Shown: positions 12,703-28,073, counted from the stretch's first letter. The stretch: DNA of 64,000 nucleotides from Eledone cirrhosa (GCA_964016885.1 OZ024753.1:15996001-16060000); one strand, 5' to 3'. Notes: a model not told the origin generated them from the sequence alone. Made by a program: numbers and translations.

Positions 12703-13027
12703 ATGTATATAACATAATAACAGCCGCTATAAGTACAAATGTGGTTTTGATGAAGGCACTTACTTTGTAAATATATGATTTCAGATTTAGTTATACTGAC
12801 TGGCACCTTGACCAAGTATTATAACCTTGGGTTGACCAATTCCCTTTAGGCACAGGACTGTAGCTAGATAGCGTTGCAGAATTTGTAGATTGACCATTCT
12901 GATTAAAGAACTGGATTAGGACTAGTTTCAGCTGACACAGATGGAGTTGCCTAAGAACTGTTTATAGCTTAATTAGGGATTGAGAAGAGTCAAATTTGGT
13001 AAATGAAAACTGGGTGGAAACTCAGCA

Positions 13028-13081
13028 TGTGTGTAAGTATGTGTGTATGTATGTATGAATGTATGTATGTGTGTATGTGTC

Positions 13082-13154
<73 letters not shown>

Positions 13155-13220
13155 GTGCGCGCGCGTGCGTGCGTGCGTGTGTGTGTGTGCACATGCATCT
13201 GTGTGTATATGTGTCTGTGT
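13028..13220. repeat. (TG)n microsatellite, probably attached to a decayed SINE
   Basis: The repeat is seen directly. The SINE association is inferred. Confidence 0.9.
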
Positions 13221-13878
13221 TTACGTTTATTGTTGGCTATATCTCATGTCCTAGCAGCTCAACAAACAGAGATCAATAAAATAAGTAACAGAATTGAAAA
13301 AAAACAAAACAACCGTTAATACTGGGATTTTGGTATGATTAAATCCCAGCATGGCCATAGTCTAATGACCTAAGCTGGTAAAATAATATATATTTAACAA
13401 AATCACAGACTTTAAATAATACAGCTATAAAATTGTTCTTCTTTCATGTTACCATGAAAGGATAAATCATCTCGGACTTAAACTAAAGGGAAATGAAGAG
13501 AGAGGGAGGGGGGGGGGGGGGGGTTAATAGCAGCTGATTTAATTTTCTTTGGTGAATTTAGAATCATAAATCAAGCATTTTATTACTCCCATCATCCACA
13601 AGCTATTTAATAATAAAAATAAAATAAACACGTAAAATAGTGTGTATATACACTCACACTACAAATATGTATGCATTTATATGTAAGTATATATATATAT
13701 ATATATATACACATAGATATAGATATATACAACATATTATGAAAATATATAAATGTATATATATGTATGTAAGGATATGTATTCATCTTTTATGAATAAG
13801 TAGTGAGTTTCGTTAATCTGGAATTTCACCTGCGCATTTACAGCAGCAGACAAGGCCTACTTGCATCAACTAAATATG

Positions 13879-13918
<40 letters not shown>

Positions 13919-13937
13919 TAAAGTATATGCACACATA

Positions 13938-13975
<38 letters not shown>

Positions 13976-14073
13976 ATATGCACACATATGTACATATATA
14001 TATATAAAGTATATGCACACATTATATATATATATATAAAGTATATGCACATATATATAAAGTATATGCACAT

Positions 14074-14420
14074 GGAGGCACATGGCTTAGTGGTTAGAGC
14101 ATTGGCCTTGCAATCGAAAGGTTGTGAGTTCAATTCTCAGACCGGGTGATGTGTTGTGTCCTTGAGCAAGACACTTTATTTCACATTGCTCCAGTTTACT
14201 CAGCTGTAGAAATGAGATGATAAGGACTGGGGTCCATATCATTCCACTGCAAAGTGGTCATGCAGGTGCCACGGCAAAAAAGCACCCAGCACTCACTGTA
14301 AATGAGGTTGGTGTTAGGAAGGGCATCCAGCTGTAGAAATCAAGCCAGAATCAGTTCCCATCCCACCCTTGCAAGCAGGGAAAAAGCGGACGTAAAATGA
14401 AATGATGAAATGATGATGAT
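14074..14420 (+). mobile_element. Full-length tRNA-derived CORE-like SINE, type-A tail
   Basis: A-box TGGCTTAGTGG, B-box GAGTTCAATTC, CORE-like CCTTGAGCAAGACACTT…CTCAGCTGTAGAAATGAG, RTE-derived tail ending GGACGTAAAATGA…(GAT)n. Confidence 0.92.
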
Positions 14421-14451
14421 GCACACATATGTACATATATATATATATATA

Positions 14452-14957
14452 TTCGGCTCATAGCCGAATCAATGGCTGAACTAGAGAAGAAATTCCAAAC
14501 ATGGAAGCATGGCCTAGAATCAAAAGGCCTTAAAGTTAACTTGTCTAAGACTAAATTCCTAATAAGTAGGAAGGAGATAGGGCACTGGTCCCATCTGGGA
14601 AATGGCCATGCTCAGTGTGTAAGAAAAGAGTAGGCAGAAACTCCATTTTATGTCCCAAATGCAAAGTATGGGTGTATAAAAGATGTAGTGGGATCGCAGG
14701 TAAGCTAACTAAGAATATACAGTCAGTAGGCACCTCTAACAAAAATACACCGCCATCCCACTACCCCCACCCCATCCACTCCACCCCTTTCAATGTAAAG
14801 TTATGTTGGTACCACAACATCCAGTCCTAAATAAATGAGGTTGTGTAGGTGTCACGACAAAAAAACACACAGTTCACGCTGTAAAGTGGCCGTGTAGGTA
14901 ACACGGTAAAAACCTCCCAGTTCCACACTGTAAATGTGGTTGGTGTTAGGAAGGGCA
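14452..14957 (+). mobile_element. Internally deleted RTE family-B fragment (RT Cys-rich region fused to 3' UTR)
   Basis: 14452-14718 matches ~25948-26210, then the sequence jumps at ~14719 to the 3' UTR (matches ~26994-27227). Confidence 0.85.
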
Positions 14958-15050
14958 TGTATATTTGTATATATGTATATGTGTGTGTATACTTTATATA
15001 TATACATGTATATTTGTATATAGGTACATGTGAGTGTATACTTTATATAT

Positions 15051-16050
15051 CATCATCATTTTACGTCCGCTTCTCCCTGCTTGCAAGGGTGGGACGGGTC
15101 TTATTCAGCACAGCATCTCTCCACTTGTCACGGTCCCTCGTCATCTCCGCCGTGAGCTTCAATGATCTGAGGTCTGTTCTCACCACCTCCGCCCATGTTT
15201 TTCGTGGTCTACCTCTACCACGTCTTCCTTCAACTGGCATTTCCTGGCACTTCTTCACCCATCGGTCATCCTCCATGCGCATCACATGTCCATACCACCT
15301 CAGTCTCCTCTCCCGTACACTACATTCTATCCCTCTCAGACACAGTTTCTCTCTCAACACATTTATGTTGGGTCATTCACGCACATTTACACTGCACATC
15401 CAACGGAGCATGCTTGCCTCATTTCTCTCCAGCCGTCGCATATCCTCTGTGGTTGCTGCCCATGTCTCACTACCATGCAGCATCGCACTCCTCACACAGG
15501 CATCATACAACCGGCCTTTCGTACGCAGGGAGAAACCCTTCTTCGTCAACAGAGGAAGCAGCTCCCGAAACTTCTTCCAACCCGTCCTTATTCTAGATAC
15601 TATGGCCTCGGAACATCTTCCTCCCGTGCTAATCTGATCTCCTAGGTACCGGAAGCTATCCACCACTTCTATAGCGCCCCCTCGCATTTGAAAAATGTGT
15701 CTATCAGTGCGACTTCTACTGTCTAATTTCCCTGTACATCTACTGCATACATATTTCTCCCTACCTGTTAGTTTGCTTGCTATCCCGCTACATCTCTTTT
15801 GTACCCAGGACCTGCATTGTGTGCATTTTATAGAATTTATGCCAGTTCCTTTTCTGCATATCAAACATGGCCATTTCCCTGACGGAATCAGGGTTTTGTC
15901 CTCTTTTCTACTCATCAACACTTTTGTCTTAGCTAGATTTACTCTCAGTCCTCTTGCTTCCAACTGCTGTTTCCATAGCCGGAATTTACTTTCTAGCTCC
16001 TCTACTGATTCTGCTATAAGAGCCAGATCGTCAGCATAGAGAAGTTCCCA
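15051..16050 (-). mobile_element. 5'-truncated RTE-clade LINE (family A), RT C-terminal half with one premature stop
   Basis: WELLYADDLALIA…FRYLGDQIS…[12 protein letters not shown]…RGRPRKTWAEVV…RPTLASREKRT* followed by (GAT)n. Stop at ~15373. Inserted in the AT satellite. Confidence 0.95.
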
Positions 16051-16382
16051 TATATACATGTATATTTGTATATATGTATATATGTATATGTGTGTGTATA
16101 TTTATATGTATATTTGTATATATTTATATGTGTGTGCATACTTTATATATATACATGTATATTTGTATATATGTATATGTGTGTGTATACTTTATATATA
16201 TACATGTATATTTGTATATGTGTGTGTATACTTTATATATATACATGTATACTTATACATATGTACATGTCTGTGTATATATGCTTTATTTTTTATATTT
16301 GTATATATGTACATATGTGAGTGTATATACTTTATATATATATATATATATTTGTATATATGTACATGTGTGTGCGTATACT
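16051..16382 (-). repeat. ~49-bp AT-rich satellite units in reverse orientation (also 14957-15050)
   Basis: CATGTATATTTGTATATATGTATATGTGTGTGTATACTTTATATATATA is the reverse complement of the 16982-25345 unit. Confidence 0.85.
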
Positions 16383-16384
16383 TT

Positions 16385-16982
16385 CATCATCATCATCATC
16401 GTTTAATGTCCATGTTCCACGCTTGCATAGGTTTGGACGGGAGTTTTCCCACTTGAGGCAAGAGTGGTTGTCTTGCTCGCATAGGATTGTCTGGCGGGTT
16501 TTCTACAGTTGGATGCCCTTCCTAACACCAACCACATTTACAGTGTGGGGCTGGGAGGTTTTTACCGTGTTATCTACACGGCCACATTACAGTGTGGACT
16601 GTGTGTTTTTTTGTCGTGACACCTACACGATCTCATTTGTTTTGGCCTGGAAGTTGTGGCACCAACATAACTTTACATTGAAAGGGGCGGTGAGGATGGG
16701 GTGGAGGCGGTGGGACGGGGGGGTGTTTTGATAGAGATGCCTACTGACTGTAGTAGGTTTTACTTTGTATTCAGGTGAGGCGAGTCTTATCTATTACTGA
16801 GTACCACCAAAGGTCTCGGTCCAGTGACATTGTCTTGGAGAGGTGTAAGTGTGTGAGGTCGGAATTTATCAGCTCATCCCAGGTTTTTCTGGGTCTGCCT
16901 ATTCCGTGGCTACCGTCTATCTTTATTGCCCTCCACTTTGTTATACAGCTGTCGTCTTTCATGCGCATCACGTGACCATACC
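16385..16982 (-). mobile_element. RTE family-B 3' fragment ([11 protein letters not shown]…[11 protein letters not shown], 3' UTR, (GAT)n)
   Basis: Protein motif at the end of ORF 16771-17211. Colinear with ~26674-27342. Confidence 0.92.
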
Positions 16983-19900
16983 AAATATACATGTATATAT
17001 ATAAAGTATACACACACATATACATATATACAAATATACATGTATATATATAAAGTATACACACACATACATATATACAATTATACATGTATATATATAA
17101 AGTATACACACACATGTACCTATATACAAATTTACATGTATATATATAAAGTATGCACACACATATACATATATACAAATATACATGTATATATATAAAG
17201 TATACACACACATATACCTATATACAAATATACATGTATATATATAAAGTATACACACACATATACCTATATACAAATATACATGTATATATATAAAATA
17301 TACACACACATGTACCTATATACAAATATACATGTATATATATAAAATATACACACACATGTACCTATATACAAATATACATGTATATATATAAAGTATA
17401 CACACACATATACATATATACAAATATACATATATATATATAAAGTATACACACACATATACATATATACAAATATACATGTATATATATAAAGTATACA
17501 CACACATACATATATACAAATATACATGTATATATATAAAGTATACACACACACATACAAATATACATGTATATATATAAAGTATACACACACATGCACC
17601 TATATACAAATATACAAAAATATATATAAAGTATACACACACATATACATATATACAAATATACATGTATATATATAAAGTATACACACACATACATATA
17701 TACAAATATACATGTATATATATAAAGTATACAAACACACATACAAATATACATGTATATATATAAAGTATACACACACATGCACCTATATACAAATATA
17801 CAAAAATATATATAAAGTATACACACACATATACATATATACAAATATACATGTATATATATAAAGTATACACACACATACCTATATACAAATATACATG
17901 TATATATATAAAGTATACACACACATATACATATATACAAATATACATGTATATATATAAAGTATGCACACACATATAAATATATACAAATATACATGTA
18001 TATATATAAAGTATACACACACATATACCTATATACAAATATACATGTATATATATAAAGTATACACACACATATACATATATATATATATACAAATATA
18101 CATGTATATATATAAAGTATACACACACATATACATATATACAAATATACATGTATATATATAAAGTATACATGCACATATTCATATATACAAATATACA
18201 TGTATATATATAAAGTATACACGCACATATACATATATACAAATATACATGTATATATATAAAGTATACACACACATATACATATATACAAATATACATG
18301 TATATATATAAAGTATACACACACATATACATATATACAAATATACATGTATATATATAAAGTATACACACACATATACATATATACAAATATACATGTA
18401 TATATATAAAGTATACAAATATACATGAATATATAAAGTATACAAATATACATGTATATATATAAAGTATACAAATATACATGTATATATATAAAGTATA
18501 CACACACATATAGATATATACAAATATACATGTATATATATATATAAAGTATACACACACACATAAATATATACAAATATACATGTATATATATAAAGTA
18601 TACACATATACAAATATACATGTATATATATAAAGTATACACACACATATATATATATACAAATATACATGTATATATATAAAGTATACACACACATATA
18701 CATATATACAAATATACATGTATATATATAAAGTATACACACACATATACATATATACAAATATAAATGTATATATATAAAGTATACACACACATACATA
18801 TATACAAATATACATGTATATATATAAAGTATGCACACACATATACATATATACAAATATACATGTATATATATAAAGTATACACACACATATACATATA
18901 TACATGTATATGTATACATATACATATATACAAATATACATGTATATATATAAAGTATACATATACATATATACAAATATTCATGTATATATATAAAGTA
19001 TACATATACATATATACAAATATACATGTATATATATAAAGTATACACACACATATACATATATACAAACATACATGTATATATATAAAGTATACAAACA
19101 CATATACATATATACAAATATACATGTATATATATATAAAGTATACATATACATATATACAAATATACATATATATATATAAAGTATACATATACATATA
19201 TACAAATGTACATGTATATATATAAAGTATACATATACATATATACAAATATACATGTATATATATAAAGTATACACACACATATACATATATACAAATA
19301 TACATGTATATATATAAAGTATACATATACATATATACAAATATACATGTATATATATAAAGTATACACACACATATACATATACACAAATATACATGTA
19401 TATATATAAAGTATACACACACATGTACCTATATACAAATATACATGTATATATATAAAGTATACACACACATATACATATATACAAATATACATGTATA
19501 TATATATAAAGTATACACACACATATACATATATACAAATATACATGTATATATATAAAGTATACACACACATGTACCTATATACAAATATACATGTATA
19601 TATATAAAGTATACACACACATATACATATATACAAATATACATGTATATATATAAAATATACACACACATATACATATATATACAAATATACATGTATA
19701 TATATAATGTATACACTCACATGTACCTATATACAAATATACATGTATATATATAAAGTATACACACACATATACATATATACAAATATACATGTATATA
19801 TATAAAGTATACATATACATATATACAAATATACATGTATATATATAAAGTATACACACACATATACATATATACAAATATACATGTATATATATATAAA

Positions 19901-22900
19901 GTATACATATACATATATACAAATATACATGTATATATATAAAGTATACACACACATATACATATATACAAATATACATGTATATATATAAAGTATACAC
20001 ACACATGTACCTATATACAAATATACATGAATATATATAAAGTATACACACACATATACATATATACAAATATACATGTATATATATAAAGTATACACAC
20101 ACATGTACCTATATACAAATATACATGAATATATATAAAGTATACACACACATATACATATATACAAATATACATGTATATATATATAAAGTATACACAC
20201 ACATGTACGTATATACAAACATACATGTATATATATAAAGTATACACACACATATACATATATACAAATATACATGTATATATATAAAGTATACACACAC
20301 ATATACATATATACAAATATTCATGTATATATATAAAGTATACATATACATATATACAAACATACATGTATATATATAAAGTATACACACACATATACAT
20401 ATATACAAATATACATGTATATATATAAAGTATACACACACATATACATATATACAAATATACATATATTTATATAAAGTATACATATACATATATACAA
20501 ATATACAAATATACATATATATATATAAAGTATACATATACATATATACAAATATACATGTATATATATAAAATATACACACACATGTACCTATATACAA
20601 ATATACATCTATATATATAAAGTATACACACACGTATACATATATACAAATATACATGTATATATATAAAGTATACACACACATATACATATATACAAAT
20701 ATACAAGTATATATATAAAGTATACACACACATATAGATATATACAAATATACATGTATATATATAAAGTATACACACACATGTACCTATATACAAATAT
20801 ACATCTATATATATAAAGTATACACACACATATACATATATACAAATATACATGTATATATATAAAGTATACACACACATATACATATATACAAATATAC
20901 ATGTATATATATAAAGTATACACACACATATACAAATATACAAGTATATATATAAAGTATACACACACATATAGATATAAACAAATATACATGTATATAT
21001 ATAAAGTATACACACACATATACATATATACATGTATATATATAAAGTATACACACACACATACATATATACATGTATATATATAAAGTATACACACACA
21101 TGTACAAATATACATGTATATATATAAAGTATACACACACATGTACCTATATACAAATATATATGTATATATATAAAGTATACACACAAATATACATATA
21201 TACAAATATACATGTATATATATATAAAGTATACACACACATATACATATATACAAATATACATATATATATATAAAGTATACATATACATATATACAAA
21301 TATACATGTATATATATAAAGTGTATACACACATATACATATATACAAATATACATGTATATATATAAAGTATACACACACATGTACCTATATACAAATA
21401 TACATCTATATATATAAAGTATACACACACATATACATATATACAAATATACATGTATATATATAAAGTATACACACACATATACATATATACAAATATA
21501 CAAGTATATATATAAAGTATACACACACATATACATATATACAAATATACATGTATATATATAAAGTATACACACACATATACATATATACAAATATACA
21601 AGTATATATATAAAGTATACACACACATATAGATATATACAAATATACATGTATATATATAAAGTATACACACACATATACATATATACATGTATATATA
21701 TAAAGTATACACACACACATACATATATACATGTATATATATAAAGTATACACACACATATACAAATATACATGTATATATATAAAGTATACACACACAT
21801 GTACCTATATACAAATATATATGTATATTTATAAAGTATACACACACATATATATATATACAAATATACATGTATATATATAAAGTATACATATACATAT
21901 ATACAAATATACATGTATATATATATAAAGTATACACACACATATACATATATACATATATACATGTATATATATAAAGTATACACACACATGTACCTAT
22001 ATACAAATATACATGTATATATATAAAGTATACACACACATATACATATATACAAATATACATGTGTATATATAAAATATACACACACATATACATATAT
22101 ACAAATATACATGTATATATATAAAGTATACACACAGATGCACCTATATACAAATATACATGTATATATATAAAGTATACACACACATACATATATACAA
22201 ATATACATGTATATATATAAAGTATACACACACATATACATATATACAAATATACATGTATATATATAATGTATACACACACATGTACCCATATACAAAT
22301 ATACATGTATATATATAAAGTATACACACACATATACATATATACAAATATACATGTATATATATATAAAGTATACATATACATATATACAAATATACAT
22401 GTATATATATAAAGTATACACACACATATACATATATACAAATATACATGTATATATATAAAGTATACATATACATATATACAAATATACATGTATATAT
22501 ATAAAGTATACACACACATATATACATATATACAAATATACATGTATATATATCAAGTATACACACACATGTACCTATATACAAATATACATGAATATAT
22601 ATAAAGTATACACACACATATACATATATACAAATATACATGTATATATATATATAAAGTATACACACATGTACGTATATACAAACATACATGTATATAT
22701 ATAAAGTATACACACACATATACATATATACAAATATACATGTATATATATAAAGTATACACACACATATACATATATACAAATATACATGTATATATAT
22801 AAAGTATACACACACATATACATATATACAAATATACATGTATATATACATAAAGTATACACACACATGTACATATATACAAATATACATGTATATATAT

Positions 22901-25345
22901 AAAGTATACATATACATATATACAAACATACATGTATATATATAAAGTATACATACACATATACATATATACAAATATACATGTATATATATAAAGTATA
23001 CACACACATATACATATATACAAATATACATGTATATATATAAAGTATACACACACATATACATATATACAAATATACATGTATATATATAAAGTATACA
23101 CACACATATACATATATACAAATATACATGTATATATATAAAGTATACACACACATATACATATATACAAATATACATGTATATATATATAAAGTATACA
23201 CACACATATACATATATACAAATATACATATATATATATAAAGTATACATATACATATATACAAATATACATGTATATATATAAAGTATATACACACATG
23301 TACCTATATACAAATATACATCTATATATATAAAGTATACACACACACATACATATATACAAATATACATGTATATATATAAAGTATACATATACATATA
23401 TACATGTATATATATAAAGTATATACACACATATACATATATACAAATATACATGTATATATATAAAGTATACACACACATATACATATATACAAATATA
23501 CAAGTATATATATAAAGTATACACACACATATAGATATATACAAATATACATGTATATATATAAAGTATACACACACATATACATATATACATGTATATA
23601 TATAAAGTATACACACACACATACATATATACAAATATACATGTATATATATAAAGTATACATATACATATATACATGTATATATATAAAGTATATACAC
23701 ACATATACATATATACAAATATACATGTATATATATAAAGTATACACACACATATACATATATACAAATATACAAGTATATATATAAAGTATACACACAC
23801 ATATAGATATATACAAATATACATGTATATATATAAAGTATACACACACATATACATATATACATGTATATATATAAAGTATACACACACACATACATAT
23901 ATACATGTATATATATAAAGTATACACACACATATACAAATATACATGTATATATATAAAGTATACACACACATGTACCTATATACAAATATATATGTAT
24001 ATATATAAAGTATACACACACATATACATATATACAAATATACATGTATATATATAAAGTATACATATACATATATACAAATATACGTGTATATATATAA
24101 AGTATACACACACATATACATATATACAAATATACATGTATATATATAAAGTATACACACACATGTACCTATATACAAATATACATGTATATATATAAAG
24201 TATACACACACATATACATATATACAAATATACATGTATATATATAAAGTATACACACACACATACCTATATACAAATATACATGTATATATATAAAGTA
24301 TACGCACACATGTACCTATATACAAATATACATGTATATATATAAAGTATACACAGACATATACATTGATACAAATATACATGTATATATATAAAGTATA
24401 CACACATATATACATATATACAAATCTACATGTATATATATAAAGTATACACACACATATACATATATACAAATATACATGTATATATATAAAGTATACA
24501 CACACATACCTATATACAAATATACATGTATATATATAAAGTATACACACACATACATATATACAAATATACATGTATATATATATAAAGTATACACACA
24601 CATATACATATATACAAATATACATGTATATATATATAAAGTATACACACACATATACATATATACAAATATACATGTATATATATATATAAAGTATACA
24701 CACACATATACATATATACAAATATACATGTATATATATAAAGTATACACACACATATACATGTATATATATAAATTATACACACACATATACATATATA
24801 CAAATATACATGTATATATATAAAGTATACACACACACATACATATATACAAATATACATGTATATATATAAAGTATACACACACATATACATATATACA
24901 AATATACATGTATATATATAAAGTATACACACACATATACCTATATACAAATATACATGTATATATATAAAGTATACACACACATACATATATACAAAAA
25001 TACATGTATATATATAAAGTATACACACACATATACATATATACAAATATACATGTATATATATAAAGTATACACACACATATACATATATACAAATATA
25101 CATGTATATATATAAAGTATACACACACATGTACATATATACAAATATACATGTATATATATAAAGTATGCACACACATATAAATATATACAAATATACA
25201 TGTATATATATAAAGTATACACACACATATACATATATACAAATATACAGGTATAATTATAAAGTATACACACACATATACATATATACAAATATACATG
25301 TATATATATAAAGTATACACACACATATACATATATACAAATATG
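16982..25345. repeat. ~49-bp AT-rich satellite (AAATATACATGTATATATATAAAGTATACACACACATATACATATATAC), ~170-180 units, 8.4 kb
   Basis: Direct periodicity, with slippage in the internal TA/CA runs. Confidence 0.97.
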
Positions 25346-25373
25346 TGTGCATGTATGTATATATATATATATA

Positions 25374-25545
25374 TAATAGAAAAAACGAGGAAGTCTCGTT
25401 TACATATGAAAAATATTTATTGCGTATTTTTCATATGTAAATGAAACTTCCTTGTTTTTTCTATTACATACACTCTGCCTGTGTATAGAGTGCTCGATTA
25501 GGTACCAACACCAGTATTTCACAGTACTACCTACACTATATATAT
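25374..25545. other. (TA)n-flanked fold-back cassette (42-bp arms plus unique tail)
   Basis: 25374-25415 and 25425-25466 are inverted, with 3 mismatches and a 9-nt loop. Confidence 0.75.
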
Positions 25546-25550
25546 ATATA

Positions 25551-27343
25551 TCTAGATGAAATGCAGTTCGGGTTGGTGTCAGGTAAATGTACCACAGACG
25601 CTGTTTTCATTGTACGGCAACTACAGGAGAAGTACCTAGCTAAAAGTAAACCTCTCTACTTAGCTTTTGTAGACCTGGCGAAAGCCTTTGACAGAGTCCC
25701 CCGCTCCATTATCTGGTAGGCTTTTAGAAAACTAGGTGTAGATGAATGGCTTGTGAGAGCTATACAAGCCATGTATAAAGAAACAGTCAGCAAGGTTAGA
25801 ATTAACAACGAATAATAGTGAAGAGTTTAGCGTAAAAGTTGGTGTTCATCAGGGCTCCGTCTTTAGCCCCCTCCTATTTATTATCGCCCGCCAAGCGGAG
25901 TTCAAGACCGGCTGCCCATGGGAACTTCTATACGCAGATGATCTAACGCTCATAGCCGAATCAATGGCTGAACTAGAGAAAAAATTCCAAACATGGAAGC
26001 ATGGCCTAGAATCAAAAGGCCTTAAAGTTAACTTGTCTAAGACTAAAGTCCTAATATATACGAAGGAGATAGGGCACTGGTCCCATCTGGGAAATGGCCA
26101 TGCTCAGTGTGTAGGAAAAGAGTAGGCAGAAACACCATTTTATGTCCCACATGCAAAGTATGGGTGCATAAAAGATGTAGTGGGATCGCAGGTAAGCTAA
26201 CTAAGAATATAGAATTTATATGTGGCCAGTGCTCTGGTGCAATAAGTAGCAGCAAATGCCCACAGAATACTAGCTCATTCCATTGCCCAGAAGGTTCTAT
26301 AGAAATAGTGTACACCTTCCGTTACCTGGGTGACAAAATCAGCAGTGGTGGAGGGTGCTCCGAAAGTACTGTAGCTGGAGTCCGAACGGGATGGAAAAAG
26401 TTCAGAGAGCTTATACCACTATTGGCCTCTAAAGGGTTCTCTCTAAAAATAAAAGGCAGGCTGTATGATGCCTGCATACGAACAGCGATGTTACAGGGCA
26501 GTGAGACCTGGGCCTTGTGTGCAGAGGATCTACGCAGACTGGAGAGAAACGAAGCTTGCATGCTCTGTTGGATGTGTAATAGTAATATACACGAACGGCA
26601 AAGCATAAATGAACTAAGTGAGAAATTAGGAATAAGAGGGATCAGATGCTGTTTACTCGAGATAAGCCTACGTTGGTATGGTCTCATGATGCGCATGAAA
26701 GATGACAGCTGTATAAAAAAGTGCAGGGCAATCAAAATAGACAGTAGCCACGGGGGTGTATTTTGGTTAAGAGGTGCCTACTGACTGTAGGTTTCGCTTT
26801 GTACTTAGGCAAGGCAGGTCTTCTGTATTACTACGTAGCGCCAAAGATCTCAGACCCAGAAAAACCTGGGACGACTTGATAAAATCCGACCTCACACACT
26901 TACACCTCTCCAAGACAGTGTCACTGGACCGAGATCTTTGGCGCTACGTAGTAATACAGAAGACCTGCCTTGCCTAAGTACAAAGCGAAACCTACAGTCA
27001 GTAGGCACCGCTTAACCAAAATACACCCCTGTCCAACCACTCCTACCCCCACCGCCATCTACACCACCCCTTTTGATGTAAAGCTATGTTGGTACCACAA
27101 CATCCAGTCCTAAATAAATGAGGTCGTGTAGGTGTCATGACATAAAAACACACAGTCCAGGCTGTAATGTGGCCATGTAGGTAACACGGTAAAAACACTG
27201 TAAATGTGGTTGGTCTTAGGAAGGGCATCCAGCCGTAGAAAACCCACCAGACAGTCCTGAGCAAGACAACCAATCTTGCCTCAAGTGGGACAATTCCCGT
27301 CCAGACCCTGCTCGCGTGGAAGATGGATATTAAATGATGATGA
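25551..27343 (+). mobile_element. RTE family-B LINE, 5'-truncated at the RT start, with stops/frameshifts and an internal 99-bp inverted duplication
   Basis: DEMQFGLVSGKCTTDAVFIVRQLQEKY…KAFDRVP…VGVHQGSV…WELLYADDL…FRYLGDKIS, then 3' UTR and (GAT)n. Confidence 0.95.
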
Positions 27344-27359
27344 TATATATATATATATA

Positions 27360-28073
27360 TGAAAGTTAACCTGCTAAAGGCGACAGATGAAATCTGTGGC
27401 TGGAACAGACCTTTAGGCAGGAGGAGAGTAACTTGGTGGTGGAACAGTAAGGTGGAGGAATCAATCAAAGCCAAAAAGCAGGCTTGGAAAGTATGGCAGG
27501 ATGGGGGAAGTAGAGAACACTATCAAGTGGCCAGGAGAGAAGCTAAGAGACAAGTGTACTTAGGAAGAAGGGAGGCAGAGGATAGAAAGTTCAAGCATGT
27601 TCTACAACGCGAGGAACAAAAAATGTGAGGTGTTCAGGATTGCAAGACAATGTGTCAAGGAAAACCGTGAGATTGCTGGAGAGAAGTGTGTCCGTAATGA
27701 CAATGGTGTATTTGCCATCACTGATGCTGATAAGAAGGTAGCTTGGAAGTGTCACTACGAGAGACTACTAAATGAGGAGAATAAATGGGAAAAAGATAGT
27801 CTGCCCCAAATCGATCCAATAGAGGGACCAGCAGTGCAAGTTAAAGGTAGTATAATAAGTAAGGCAATCAAAGATATGAAAACAGGCAAGGCAGCTGGGC
27901 CTTCGGAGATAGTTGCTGAAATGCTGAAAGCATCTGGAATGGTGGGACACACTATAGTCACCCGTATAGTTAACCAAGTAATACAGAATGGGGTCATACC
28001 AAAAGACTGGCATAGCTGCATCATCATTAACTGCTACAAGGGTAAAGGAGATGCCCTAGATAGGGGAAACTAT
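27360..28073 (+). mobile_element. RTE LINE (family B-like), region upstream of the RT; left piece of an element split by a nested insertion
   Basis: TWWWNSKVEESIKAKK…WKCHYERLLNEE…MKTGKAAGPSEIVAEMLK…IPKDW…YKGKGDALDRGNY, resuming with RGIKL at 31234. Confidence 0.92.

Noticed and set aside
16968-25332. Very long ORFs (up to 733 aa) rich in Y/I/C/V/M
   Set aside because: They are stop-poor translations of the AT satellite, overlapping in all frames.
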